DNA from: Ignavibacteriota bacterium
Lineage (GTDB): Bacteria > Bacteroidota > Ignavibacteria > UBA10030 > UBA6906
Assembly (NCBI GenBank): GCA_963801355.1
Contig: CAWDEM010000008.1
Coordinates: 2,961,579 to 3,025,578 of the forward strand
Length of the DNA: 64,000 nt
Direction: 5' to 3'
Part shown: positions 1-8,841 of the stretch, piece after piece
Numbering within the stretch: the first letter of the stretch is position 1
Layout of the letters: every line of letters begins with the position of its first letter
Notes under the pieces: model-generated
Database searches by the model: none
Told to the model about the DNA's origin: nothing
What the model saw: the letters and a program-made list of their open reading frames with translations, nothing else
Position numbers and translations under genes: made by a program

Positions 1-243
1 GGAAACCGGGTTCATTATCTTCGGCCATGCCCACTATCCGGATGCACTCCTGCTCGGCAACGGCACACGGTACTTCAATTCCGGTTCGTGGATTCCTACT
101 CTGCTGGAACCGGCACCCGGATACCCGATTGCATGGCAGTTCACGTTTTTCCTTCTGGAGGACGGAACAGGGACGCTGTTGCGCTGGGTCCCCGAGAGGC
201 ACCAGCCTGAACCTTTCACCGTTCAATAGAAGGCGGGATGCCC

Positions 244-272
244 TCGACACTCTCGTGGGAAGTTGGTATATT
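244..272 (+). promoter_or_regulatory. sigma70-type promoter TCGACA-17-TATATT (extended -10) directly upstream of a GTG start
   Basis: TCGACA at 244-249, 17-bp spacer, TG at 264-265, TATATT at 267-272; in-frame GTG at 279. Confidence 0.6.
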
Positions 273-278
273 ACTGCG

Positions 279-926
279 GTGAACACTCTGGACTTTCCGA
301 CTATTGCAAAAATGCTCCCTGGAATCGTGGCCGGATTGACGTGTCATGAATTCATGCACGGATATGTCGCCTACCGTTGCGGCGATCCGACCGCCCGCGA
401 TGACGGCCGGTTATCGCTCAATCCGCTCCGCCACATTGACTGGATGGGGTTTCTGTTCATCGTGGTCGCAGGGTTCGGATGGGCCAAACCGGTCCGCTTC
501 AACCGGGAGTACCTCCGGAATCCGCGTAGGGATGAGATACTGATTTCTCTTGCAGGACCGTTTGCCAACCTGGTGCTGGGTGTCCTGCTCTCGGTCTTCC
601 TGCGACTGATGCTCCTGGTACGCCCGTTTGACGGGGACCCCCTGTATAGTGTTTTTCTGGATGTCCTGATCGTGGGTGCGTACGTGAACTACGGGCTATT
701 CGTTTTTAACTTGCTTCCACTCCCCCCGCTGGATGGGTCACACGTCTTCTTTCAATCGCTGCGGTTGCGCGACGAGACCGTGAACAAGCTGTACCGGTAC
801 GGCATTTTCGTTCTCTTCGGCATCCTGCTGCTCGAAAGCCAGGCCAACATCAGCATTCTTCCCGTGGGAGTCGCCGTCCGCTGGATCGCCAATACGGTCT
901 TCTCGTTGCTCGGGTTTTCCCTGTGA
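279..926 (+). CDS. Site-2 protease family (M50) intramembrane zinc metalloprotease
   Basis: HEFMHG, AGPFANL and FNLLPLPPLDG motifs with hydrophobic segments; start moved to GTG 279 because the ORF-track N-terminal extension looks non-coding. Confidence 0.92.
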   Translation: MNTLDFPTIAKMLPGIVAGLTCHEFMHGYVAYRCGDPTARDDGRLSLNPLRHIDWMGFLFIVVAGFGWAKPVRFNREYLRNPRRDEILISLAGPFANLVLGVLLSVFLRLMLLVRPFDGDPLYSVFLDVLIVGAYVNYGLFVFNLLPLPPLDGSHVFFQSLRLRDETVNKLYRYGIFVLFGILLLESQANISILPVGVAVRWIANTVFSLLGFSL

Positions 927-1963
927 GAAAGCATGACACACCTGCACACCGACCTCCGATGTCATCGATGAATCCTCACACATCCAATCCCGCCGGCGAC
1001 GTATACAAGATCATGTTCGATCAGGCTCCCGATGCAATGTTCATCATCGACTCTGACGACACGGTGCGCGAAGTCAATGCAGCGGCATGTGCTCTCACGG
1101 GATTCACACTGCAGGAATTGGCCGGACTGCCGCTCGTCAACCTCTTCGCCGGAACTGCTGCTGCGAACGGTCCCGCACATGATCACCCGCCGGCGGAACG
1201 CCCAGCGGCGCACCGCGAACAACAGCTCCGCAAAAAAGATGGCAGTGTCATCACCGTGGAGACCGGCATGTGCCAGCTTCCCGGCGGACAGCGATACGCA
1301 ATCGTCCGTGATGTCACGGCGTTCAAAGCCGCCCAGCTCCGCCTCCTCGCGGCAATTGAGGAGAAAGAGACGCTGCTGAAGGAAGTCCATCACCGCGTCA
1401 AGAACAACCTGCAGATTGTCTCCAGCCTGCTGAATCTCCAGGCAAGCGAGATCAACGACGAGACCCTGTTCGAAATGTTCAAAGAGAGCCAGAACAGAAT
1501 CCAGTCCCTCGCGTTGCTCCACGAGAAACTCTATCAGACGCGGAACCTGGCACAGGTGGATTTCCTTGACTACCTGCAGAGCATGACGATGCAACTCGGG
1601 CGTTCATACGAGCGGGGCGGAGTGACCTGGCAGGTCGAGGGTGATCCCGTCATCCTCGGCGTCGATCAGGCGATCCCCTGCGGCCTGATCGTCAACGAGC
1701 TGGTGTCCAATGCCATGAAACACGCGTTTGTGGGCCGGGAGCGGGGAACCCTCACGGTGGGCTTTCACAGTGTGCCGGATGGCAAAGTGGAGCTGCGCGT
1801 GCAGGATGACGGCATCGGATTTCCGGAAGGCGTCGATTTCCGCAACCTGGAATCCATGGGGATGGTCCTCGTCATGTCACTCGTCGAACAGATCGACGCC
1901 AGCATCACACTGGACCGCACGGGAGGATCTCTCTTCACCGTGCGATTCACCCCTCACCCGTAA
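923..1963 (+). CDS. PAS-domain sensor histidine kinase (HisKA_2/HWE-like)
   Basis: PAS domain, EVHHRVKNNLQ H-box, NELVSNAMKHAF N-box, DDGIG G-box; start could be ATG 959. Confidence 0.92.
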   Translation: MRKHDTPAHRPPMSSMNPHTSNPAGDVYKIMFDQAPDAMFIIDSDDTVREVNAAACALTGFTLQELAGLPLVNLFAGTAAANGPAHDHPPAERPAAHREQQLRKKDGSVITVETGMCQLPGGQRYAIVRDVTAFKAAQLRLLAAIEEKETLLKEVHHRVKNNLQIVSSLLNLQASEINDETLFEMFKESQNRIQSLALLHEKLYQTRNLAQVDFLDYLQSMTMQLGRSYERGGVTWQVEGDPVILGVDQAIPCGLIVNELVSNAMKHAFVGRERGTLTVGFHSVPDGKVELRVQDDGIGFPEGVDFRNLESMGMVLVMSLVEQIDASITLDRTGGSLFTVRFTPHP

Positions 1964-2014
1964 ACCACCTCACTCGAAGACCACCTCACCCGTAGACCAC
2001 CTCACCGTCGACCA
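1952..2014. repeat. Four imperfect 16-bp tandem repeats (CCTCACCCGTAGACCA) spanning two convergent gene ends
   Basis: Units start at 1952, 1968, 1984 and 2000 (the last is 15 bp). Confidence 0.85.
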
Positions 2015-3569
2015 CGGTCATCACCACACGCACATTGCGGATTTCCGCCGGCGGGACGGAGAATATGTTCTCCGACAGAACGACCATGTCCGCCATCTTT
2101 CCGGGTTCCAGAGTTCCCTTGAGATGTTCTTCGAATGCGGCGAACGCATTGTTCACCGTGTAGCACCTCACCGCTTCTTCGACGGTGAGGCGTTGCTCGG
2201 GGAACCATCCTCCGGGCCGCTTCCCGTCAAGGGTCGCCCGCGTCACCGCGGCGTAGATTCCCTGGATCGCATCGAACGGGGCGACCGTCCAATCACTCCC
2301 GAAGCATACGCGCACGCCGGCATCAAGGAACGATTTGAACGCGTAGGTTGTCCTGGCACGCACAGGCCCGATCCGCTGTTCGGCCCAGACGCCGTCATCG
2401 ATGCAGTGATAGGGCTGGGCTGACACCACTACGCCGAGTGAGGAGAACCGCTGGATGTCCTCTGTTCTCACGTGCTGGGCGTGTTCGATCCGGAAGCGCC
2501 GGTCCCATGCCGGGTTCGTCCGGATGATCTCTTCGAAAAGCGAGAGAATGGCATCATTGGCGCGGTCACCGATCGCATGGATGGAAAGCTGCAGACCATG
2601 CCGGTCGGCCTCCAGCGCCCACTCCCGGAGCCGCCCGCTGGTCAGCACCTCCATTGCAAGCCCCGTCGTGGTCGGCGCGTTGAGATACGGCTCGAAGAAC
2701 CATGCGGTGTTCGATCCCAGGGATCCGTCTGCAAACGCCTTCAGGGATCCCACCTTGACAAATTCCGTTCCGTGCGCGCGGCGGACGCGTTCGCGGACAA
2801 GTCTCATCATGCCGGCGATCGGCAACCGCGCATAAATGCGGCAGGTGAGCTTTCCTGCGCCTTCGAGTTTGTGATAGAAGGGGATGTGCTCTTCTTCCGA
2901 GATATCGTGCACCGACGTGATGCCGTTTCTCCGTGCCACATCGAGCGCCTGCAGTATGGAACGCTCCACCTCATTGGGCGTGGGGCGCGGGATCACGCGG
3001 GTGACCAGATCCATGGCGGCGTCTTTGAGGATACCGGTGGGTTCGCCTGTCGCCGGGTCCCGTTCGATGGTTCCCCCGGGCGGATCCGGCGTCTCCCGGG
3101 TGATGCCCGCCTGGCGCAGGGCGACACTGTTGGCGAGCGCCATGTGCCAGTCAAGCCGGTTGATGAATACGGGAGTGTCGGGAGAAACAGGATCGATCAC
3201 GTCGCGGTCGGGGAGCTGTTTCACATCCCACCCCTCCTGATCCCAGTCTCCGCCGGACACCCAGGTTCCCGGGTGGGTCTTGATAAAAGCCGCCAGGGTT
3301 TCCGCCACCTCTGCGGTTGATCTGCACTGGCGCAGGTGCAATCCGTCCACCTGCGAACCGCCCAGCACGAAGTGCACATGGTCATCGATGAACCCCGGGA
3401 GCATCAGCTGTCCGTGCAGATCGATCACTTCTGCACCAGATCCGGCGAACTGTCGCGCACCGGCGGAAGACCCCACGAAGACTATCCTGCCGCCTTTGGT
3501 CACAACAGCTTCGGCCCGGGGAATCGCATCGTGCATTGTGCGCACGACGCCGTTGACGAAACATTTCAT
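1986..3569 (-). CDS. Amidohydrolase (Amidohydro_3 / YtcJ-like)
   Basis: PGFIDDHVH, KAFADGSLG, HAIGD, RIEHAQ and GSDW motifs; ATG 3569 overlaps the permease stop (ATGA). Confidence 0.92.
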   Translation of the reverse strand: MKCFVNGVVRTMHDAIPRAEAVVTKGGRIVFVGSSAGARQFAGSGAEVIDLHGQLMLPGFIDDHVHFVLGGSQVDGLHLRQCRSTAEVAETLAAFIKTHPGTWVSGGDWDQEGWDVKQLPDRDVIDPVSPDTPVFINRLDWHMALANSVALRQAGITRETPDPPGGTIERDPATGEPTGILKDAAMDLVTRVIPRPTPNEVERSILQALDVARRNGITSVHDISEEEHIPFYHKLEGAGKLTCRIYARLPIAGMMRLVRERVRRAHGTEFVKVGSLKAFADGSLGSNTAWFFEPYLNAPTTTGLAMEVLTSGRLREWALEADRHGLQLSIHAIGDRANDAILSLFEEIIRTNPAWDRRFRIEHAQHVRTEDIQRFSSLGVVVSAQPYHCIDDGVWAEQRIGPVRARTTYAFKSFLDAGVRVCFGSDWTVAPFDAIQGIYAAVTRATLDGKRPGGWFPEQRLTVEEAVRCYTVNNAFAAFEEHLKGTLEPGKMADMVVLSENIFSVPPAEIRNVRVVMTVVDGEVVYG

Positions 3570-4906
3570 GATGTCTCCTGCACTATTCGACGACGGTATG
3601 CATAGTAGAAGTAGACCGGAAGACCGGAGAGGATCAGTGCCAACGAGGCGAGGATCCCTCCGGTCGGGTAGGCCAGGAATGTCCCGACGGCAACATACAG
3701 CTGCGACGCCATGGCGAGCACCGCCATCACGCCCCACCAGGGTGCCCGGTACGTCGGTGCGTAGTCAGGCTTGCGCCGCAGGAAGAAGATAGCACCGTAG
3801 ACAAGCCCGTTCTGCAAGGCGTACGAAAGCGTGAAGTAACCCATCATGTTCTCGATGTCCCCGAGGAGGAACAGCGCAATTCCCAGGGCCGACTGAATGA
3901 GAATGGAGTAGTCGGGTGTGAGATACTTCGGGTGGAGGTGTCCGAAGACACTGAAGAACAGGCCGTCCCGCGCGATGGCATACTCCAGGCGCGGCTGCGC
4001 CATGATGCTTGCGCTCAGGACACCGACCATGGAAACAAACGCTGCCACGGCGAACATGGCGCCGGCGGCGTTCGCCTCCATGCCGAGGTAGCGGAACGGA
4101 TTGATGAAATCCCCTCTGGCCGCAATCATCTGATCGAACGGCACGATTGCCGATGTGCACAATGCAATGAGTGTGTATGCAATCATGACAAACGCGAGAG
4201 AGCCGATGAGCGCCACGGGCAGTGTGCGTTCGGGCCGTTTCACCTCGCCCGCCATATACAGGATATTGGTGAAGCCCGCGTACGACCAGAGTGTGGACGA
4301 AATGCCGGCCGTGATCACGGCAAAGACCGAACCGTTGACCACAGCCGTCGTTCCCCCCGACAGATTCCCCGACCTGAGGTAGAAGAAGCCGATCATGACG
4401 ATCGAAAGCAACGGCGTCAGTTTGGCAATGGTCAGCACGATTTGCAGGTTTCCGCCGGTGCGGACACTGCGATAATGCAGGAATGACAGTATGACAATCA
4501 ACAGGGCGGCCAGAAACCGTGCTGTCACCGGGTCGCCGAACGCCGGGGAAAAGAAGGTGAGTGCGGACATTGCGCCGAGTGCGACAATGGTCAGCGTGGG
4601 CGTGTCGCTGGTCAGAAAGGCCGTCCATGTGTAGAGAAAGGCCAGGAAGGGCGAGCCGGCCTTGTGCAGGTAGAAGTATGCCCCGCCCTGAATAGGATAG
4701 GCGGTTCCCATCTCGGCAAGAATCAGGATCTGGGGGATCCAGAGAACGCCTCCCAGAAACCAGATGAGCACGGACATAAGCGGACTGCCGCTGATCCGCG
4801 CCACGATCGGCAGACTCAAGAAAACACCCGAACCTATTACGGTACCCACCACAAGTGATGCGGTCTGCACAAGGGAAAGCTGGCGCTGCGGCGCGGGCGT
4901 ACTCAT
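3566..4906 (-). CDS. APC-family amino acid permease (LAT/FrlA-like)
   Basis: GTVIGSGVF, GGAYFYL and AGEVKRPER motifs; about 12 TM segments. Confidence 0.9.
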   Translation of the reverse strand: MSTPAPQRQLSLVQTASLVVGTVIGSGVFLSLPIVARISGSPLMSVLIWFLGGVLWIPQILILAEMGTAYPIQGGAYFYLHKAGSPFLAFLYTWTAFLTSDTPTLTIVALGAMSALTFFSPAFGDPVTARFLAALLIVILSFLHYRSVRTGGNLQIVLTIAKLTPLLSIVMIGFFYLRSGNLSGGTTAVVNGSVFAVITAGISSTLWSYAGFTNILYMAGEVKRPERTLPVALIGSLAFVMIAYTLIALCTSAIVPFDQMIAARGDFINPFRYLGMEANAAGAMFAVAAFVSMVGVLSASIMAQPRLEYAIARDGLFFSVFGHLHPKYLTPDYSILIQSALGIALFLLGDIENMMGYFTLSYALQNGLVYGAIFFLRRKPDYAPTYRAPWWGVMAVLAMASQLYVAVGTFLAYPTGGILASLALILSGLPVYFYYAYRRRIVQETS

Positions 4907-5008
4907 GGTAGGTCAAAGTAGTACAATCGCCGCAGAGGTGCAACGCCAGCCTTGCGTTTCGTTGGACTTCTCCCTATACTTTTCCCCAACAACTCACCGG
5001 GAGAGATT

Positions 5009-5773
5009 ATGCTGGTCATTGTGACGGACAACTATGATCTCATGAGCAAGGAAACGGCCAGGTTCGTCGCCGACCGTCTCCGGAAGAAACCCAACCTCGT
5101 GCTCGGCCTTGCCACCGGCAGCACCCCGCTCGGCATGTACAAAGAATTGATACGGATGCACAGGGAAGAGGGACTCGATTTTTCCAAGGTCACCACATTC
5201 AATCTGGATGAATACGTCGGTGTTCCCCCTGAACACGATCAGAGCTATCACTACTTCATGTGGGAGAATCTGTTCAAACACATCAACATCGATGAACGGT
5301 ATGTCCATATCCCGATGGGCATGGCCAAAGACGTGGAACTCTTTTGTGAGTGGTATGAGCAGCGCATCAAGGAGTGCGGCGGCATCGATCTGCAGGTTCT
5401 CGGCATCGGCGCGAACGGGCACATCGCCTTCAATGAACCCGGCTCCTCACTCGGCTCGCGGACGCGCATCAAGACATTGACCGGGACAACCCGCCTGGAC
5501 AACGCCCGCTTCTTCAAGAATCCTCAGGAAGTGCCGAAGTACGCGATCACCATGGGTGTCGGAACGATCATGGATGCCAAGGAAATCCTCCTGCTGGCTA
5601 ACAAAGCCAGCAAGGCCGACGCCATCAAGGCCGCTGTGGAGGGACCGATCACCGCCATGTGTCCCGCATCGATCATCCAGTTGCACCAGCGAGCCCTTGT
5701 TGTTGTGGACAAGGAAGCTTCCTCGAAACTCGTAGGGCTTTACAACGATACCTGGGAACCGAAGATGTTCTAA
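5009..5773 (+). CDS. nagB: Glucosamine-6-phosphate deaminase
   Basis: LGLATGSTP, TFNLDEY, GHIAFNEPGS and AITMGVGTI motifs; GGAGAG RBS before ATG 5009. Confidence 0.96.
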   Translation: MLVIVTDNYDLMSKETARFVADRLRKKPNLVLGLATGSTPLGMYKELIRMHREEGLDFSKVTTFNLDEYVGVPPEHDQSYHYFMWENLFKHINIDERYVHIPMGMAKDVELFCEWYEQRIKECGGIDLQVLGIGANGHIAFNEPGSSLGSRTRIKTLTGTTRLDNARFFKNPQEVPKYAITMGVGTIMDAKEILLLANKASKADAIKAAVEGPITAMCPASIIQLHQRALVVVDKEASSKLVGLYNDTWEPKMF

Positions 5774-5791
5774 GCGCACGGAGAGCGTACA

Positions 5792-7048
5792 ATGGCGGAA
5801 TCACTCTGCATTTTTGAAGATCTCCACTACGAGCGCCTGCTTCCCCTTGTGTACATGCGCCCGGTCTATGACCTCCGGTGCGGCATCCTGACGCTCCGGG
5901 AAAAACTCGAACGCTGTTTTCCGGGCGTGCCGGTGCAGCTGCATGTGCGAGGGTACCTTGCCGATTTCCTCCGCGAACAGTATCCCCACCTCCCGGTCAA
6001 TACCGTCAACACCGCAAGCTGTCTCTTCATTAACGGCCGCGTGCTGGCGGACCCGCAGTTCCTGGCGCAGGTGCCATTGCAGGGAGAAGACGCGGTGTAC
6101 GTCGACGGGGAATCCGTGGTCGCCGCCCGGGTGAGCGGGAGCCGTCTCGAGCGCCTGAAGACTCACCTGCCCGATCTATTCGATGCGAAGCACTTCGACG
6201 GTCTCACGCGCACGGATGTCCGGATCACCATGATCCGTTACCCCTGGGATCTGGTGGGCAACAACGGCGCCCAGATCAGAGCCGACTTCGCAGTGCTGAC
6301 GGCAGGCATGACGGAGAAGATCGCGGGCACAGTCTACGACGGCGTGCATCTACTTCAGCGCGACGCCATCTGCATCGAGGCAGGCGCAAAGGTGAAGCCG
6401 GGTGTCGTGCTCGACGCGGAGGGGGGACCGGTCTTCATCGCCCGGAACGCCAGAATCTTCCCGAATGCGGTGATCGAAGGGCCGGCATTCATCGGTGAAA
6501 GCTCACTGATCAAAGTCGGCGCAAAGATCTACGAGGATACCAGCATAGGCCCCGTGTGCAAGGTCGGCGGCGAGGTGGAGGCATCCATTATTCACGGCTA
6601 CTCCAACAAGCAACACGACGGCTTCCTCGGCCATGCCTATCTCGGCAAGTGGGTCAATCTGGGAGCCGATACGAACAACAGCGATCTCAAGAACAATTAT
6701 AGCAGCGTCCGTGTGTACATCAACGGCAAGGAGGTGGATAGCGGGTCGACGTTTGTGGGGCTGACGATGGGCGATCACTCCAAAAGCGCCATCAACACGA
6801 TGTTTAATACCGGAACGGTGGTCGGCGTGTCAAGCAATGTGTTTGGAGCGGGCTTTCCTCCAAAGTACATCCCTTCGTTTGCCTGGGGCGGCGCGGAAGA
6901 ACTTACGACATATGATCCTGGCAAGAGTCTGGACGTTGCACGGCGGGTGATGGCACGGCGGAAAGTGGTCATGTCGGCGGAGGAGGAGCGGGTCTTCCGG
7001 CACGTCTTCGAACTCACACAGGAGGAACGAAAGCACGCAAAAATGTAG
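5792..7048 (+). CDS. Alternative GlmU-like sugar nucleotidyltransferase/acetyltransferase (Bacteroidota/Chlorobi type)
   Basis: N-terminal RPVYDLRCGILTLREK; hexapeptide repeats; NKQHDGFLGH and NLGADTNNSDLKNNY motifs. Confidence 0.88.
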   Translation: MAESLCIFEDLHYERLLPLVYMRPVYDLRCGILTLREKLERCFPGVPVQLHVRGYLADFLREQYPHLPVNTVNTASCLFINGRVLADPQFLAQVPLQGEDAVYVDGESVVAARVSGSRLERLKTHLPDLFDAKHFDGLTRTDVRITMIRYPWDLVGNNGAQIRADFAVLTAGMTEKIAGTVYDGVHLLQRDAICIEAGAKVKPGVVLDAEGGPVFIARNARIFPNAVIEGPAFIGESSLIKVGAKIYEDTSIGPVCKVGGEVEASIIHGYSNKQHDGFLGHAYLGKWVNLGADTNNSDLKNNYSSVRVYINGKEVDSGSTFVGLTMGDHSKSAINTMFNTGTVVGVSSNVFGAGFPPKYIPSFAWGGAEELTTYDPGKSLDVARRVMARRKVVMSAEEERVFRHVFELTQEERKHAKM

Positions 7049-7052
7049 CTGC

Positions 7053-7092
7053 GTCCTTGCGAGTGGCGCCTCCGGCGCCACGAAGCAACCTC
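7053..7092 (+). repeat. Palindromic REP-like element, copy 1
   Basis: GTCCTTGCGAG-TGGCGCCTCCGGCGCCA-CGAAGCAACCTC between convergent genes. Confidence 0.85.
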
Positions 7093-7114
7093 CTCGTTGA
7101 GAACTCGTAGTACC

Positions 7115-7816
7115 CTACAGTACCTCCCTCACCTGTTTCTTTTCAAACGCATCCACATCAAACGCCACCGCATACGTGGTTCCCGCAACCGCTCCCCGGA
7201 CCCGGGCGAGGGCGGTATAGTAGTCGAGGTACGCAAATGTGGAAATCCCCCCTTTAATGAACTCGTAGCCTGTCACCCAGGAGCGCCACGCTTCAAGTTC
7301 GGTGGATACATCCACCAGCATGTACGGCGTGAACCCTTCCGGATCTTCCCAGTTTTCCGTGTAGTAGATGCTACGGACACCGCGGTGGCGCTCGTGGCCG
7401 GTCTCCACAGCCTCCAGTGATGCGAGAAGCACGGCATCCATGGTGAGCTGATGTGCGGCAACATGGTCTTTGTGAATACTCGTCCGCCAGTGGGTGATGA
7501 TATGCGTTGGCTTGACTCGCCGGATGACGCCGGCCACGAACAATCGGGCTTCATCCGATACCGGCAACTCGCCGTCGCGGTAGGGCCCGAACAACACCTC
7601 GGCGCCCATGGCCCGGGCGACGGTTTCCGCTTCACGGCGTTTCTGTGCCCCATACGCTGCAGGTGTCATGCGTGGATTGCCTCCCTCCCCGGGAGTCAGA
7701 TGCAGCAGCACGACACGATCCCCTTTGCGGGCATGTTTGTACAGCACAGCCCCGCAGGAGACTTCCATGTCCCCCGCGTGCGCACCAACGGCAAGGAGTA
7801 CTTTCGGTTCTTCCAT
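7115..7816 (-). CDS. PIG-L/LmbE family N-acetyl-sugar deacetylase
   Basis: GAHAGDME (variant of AHPDD), LTPGEGG, RRREA and HKDH motifs. Confidence 0.88.
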   Translation of the reverse strand: MEEPKVLLAVGAHAGDMEVSCGAVLYKHARKGDRVVLLHLTPGEGGNPRMTPAAYGAQKRREAETVARAMGAEVLFGPYRDGELPVSDEARLFVAGVIRRVKPTHIITHWRTSIHKDHVAAHQLTMDAVLLASLEAVETGHERHRGVRSIYYTENWEDPEGFTPYMLVDVSTELEAWRSWVTGYEFIKGGISTFAYLDYYTALARVRGAVAGTTYAVAFDVDAFEKKQVREVL

Positions 7817-7827
7817 TATGGTCTCAT

Positions 7828-8841
7828 TTAGCGTTTCGGTATCCAGGCCATGCAGATCCCGGAACTCAGGTCCCAGGCGTACCTGCCACGGCTTCCTTCA
7901 TAGAGCATCACAAACCAGCTTCCGGCATCATGCAGCGCGGGATACCAGATTGCCCCGCCATCGGCCGTGCTGCGGGCCCCCCCGCCGAACACCGGGTTGC
8001 CGGGATGCCTTTCCCAATGCAGCATGTCGCGTGACCGCGCCAGCCCGAAGTAATCGGGCTCGTCAACACGATCCGCACTTCCGCCATAGAGCAGATAGAA
8101 CCACTCACCGGATTTCCAGACACGCGCGGTAATGATCGACTTAGCATCCCAGCGATTAGGTTGTCCGGAAAATACGGGCTTGTTTCCAAACGGAAAGAAC
8201 TTCACGCCGTCGGTGGAGACCGCCAGGTAGAGTTTGTACCCCACAGTGTCGCGCTTGTGATAGAGGAGATAGAGTGTATCGCCCACAGCGATGGCATCCG
8301 GCGAACGCCCTTCCAGAACTTTTCCCACCTTGACGAACTGTTCGCCGTCATTGCTGGTTGCCAGGCCGATGCTGTGGGGACCGCGGCCGATGGCACCGTA
8401 GTAGAGATGCACGCGTCCCTTGAACCAGACAGCCGCAGGATCGCGCACCTCCTGATCATCAAATGCTCCCGGTGCCCCGACATCGATCACCGGAGAACCG
8501 TTGTTCAGGTCGCGGAAATTCAGCTGCATGGGAGCGAACGACAATACCTCCGCGACACCGATCCGGTCGTGGTAACCTTTCCCCTTCCGCGGCATGTTAC
8601 CGTTGCCGCAGTAGTACAGCAGTAAGCGATCTCCAAACCCGAACAGCTCCGGGTCGGCGGTCCACCGGCTCTTCCAGGTCGATCCCGAGGGGGCAATCAC
8701 CGGATTCTGGCTCTCCCGCGTCCACGCCATACAGTTTGCCGGGTAATCGTTGGAGAAAGTGTCCCAGAAAGTCTGTGCCTGGAGCACCGGCGCGAAAAGC
8801 AGCGCAAGAGCGCAGGCGAATCCCATCCGCCTCATACTCAC
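7828..8841 (-). CDS. Secreted five-bladed beta-propeller glycoside hydrolase-like protein (GH32/43/130/117-like)
   Basis: Signal peptide; repeated NPV/DP blade motifs (WTRESQNPVI, ADPEL, VRDPAAV, IGLATSNDG, WERHPGNPVF). Confidence 0.75.
   Translation of the reverse strand: MSMRRMGFACALALLFAPVLQAQTFWDTFSNDYPANCMAWTRESQNPVIAPSGSTWKSRWTADPELFGFGDRLLLYYCGNGNMPRKGKGYHDRIGVAEVLSFAPMQLNFRDLNNGSPVIDVGAPGAFDDQEVRDPAAVWFKGRVHLYYGAIGRGPHSIGLATSNDGEQFVKVGKVLEGRSPDAIAVGDTLYLLYHKRDTVGYKLYLAVSTDGVKFFPFGNKPVFSGQPNRWDAKSIITARVWKSGEWFYLLYGGSADRVDEPDYFGLARSRDMLHWERHPGNPVFGGGARSTADGGAIWYPALHDAGSWFVMLYEGSRGRYAWDLSSGICMAWIPKR

Noticed and set aside
1-219. Possible minus-strand gene start at 28 (MAEDNEPGF...) and the short ORF 34-219
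   Set aside because: Too little sequence and no motif support
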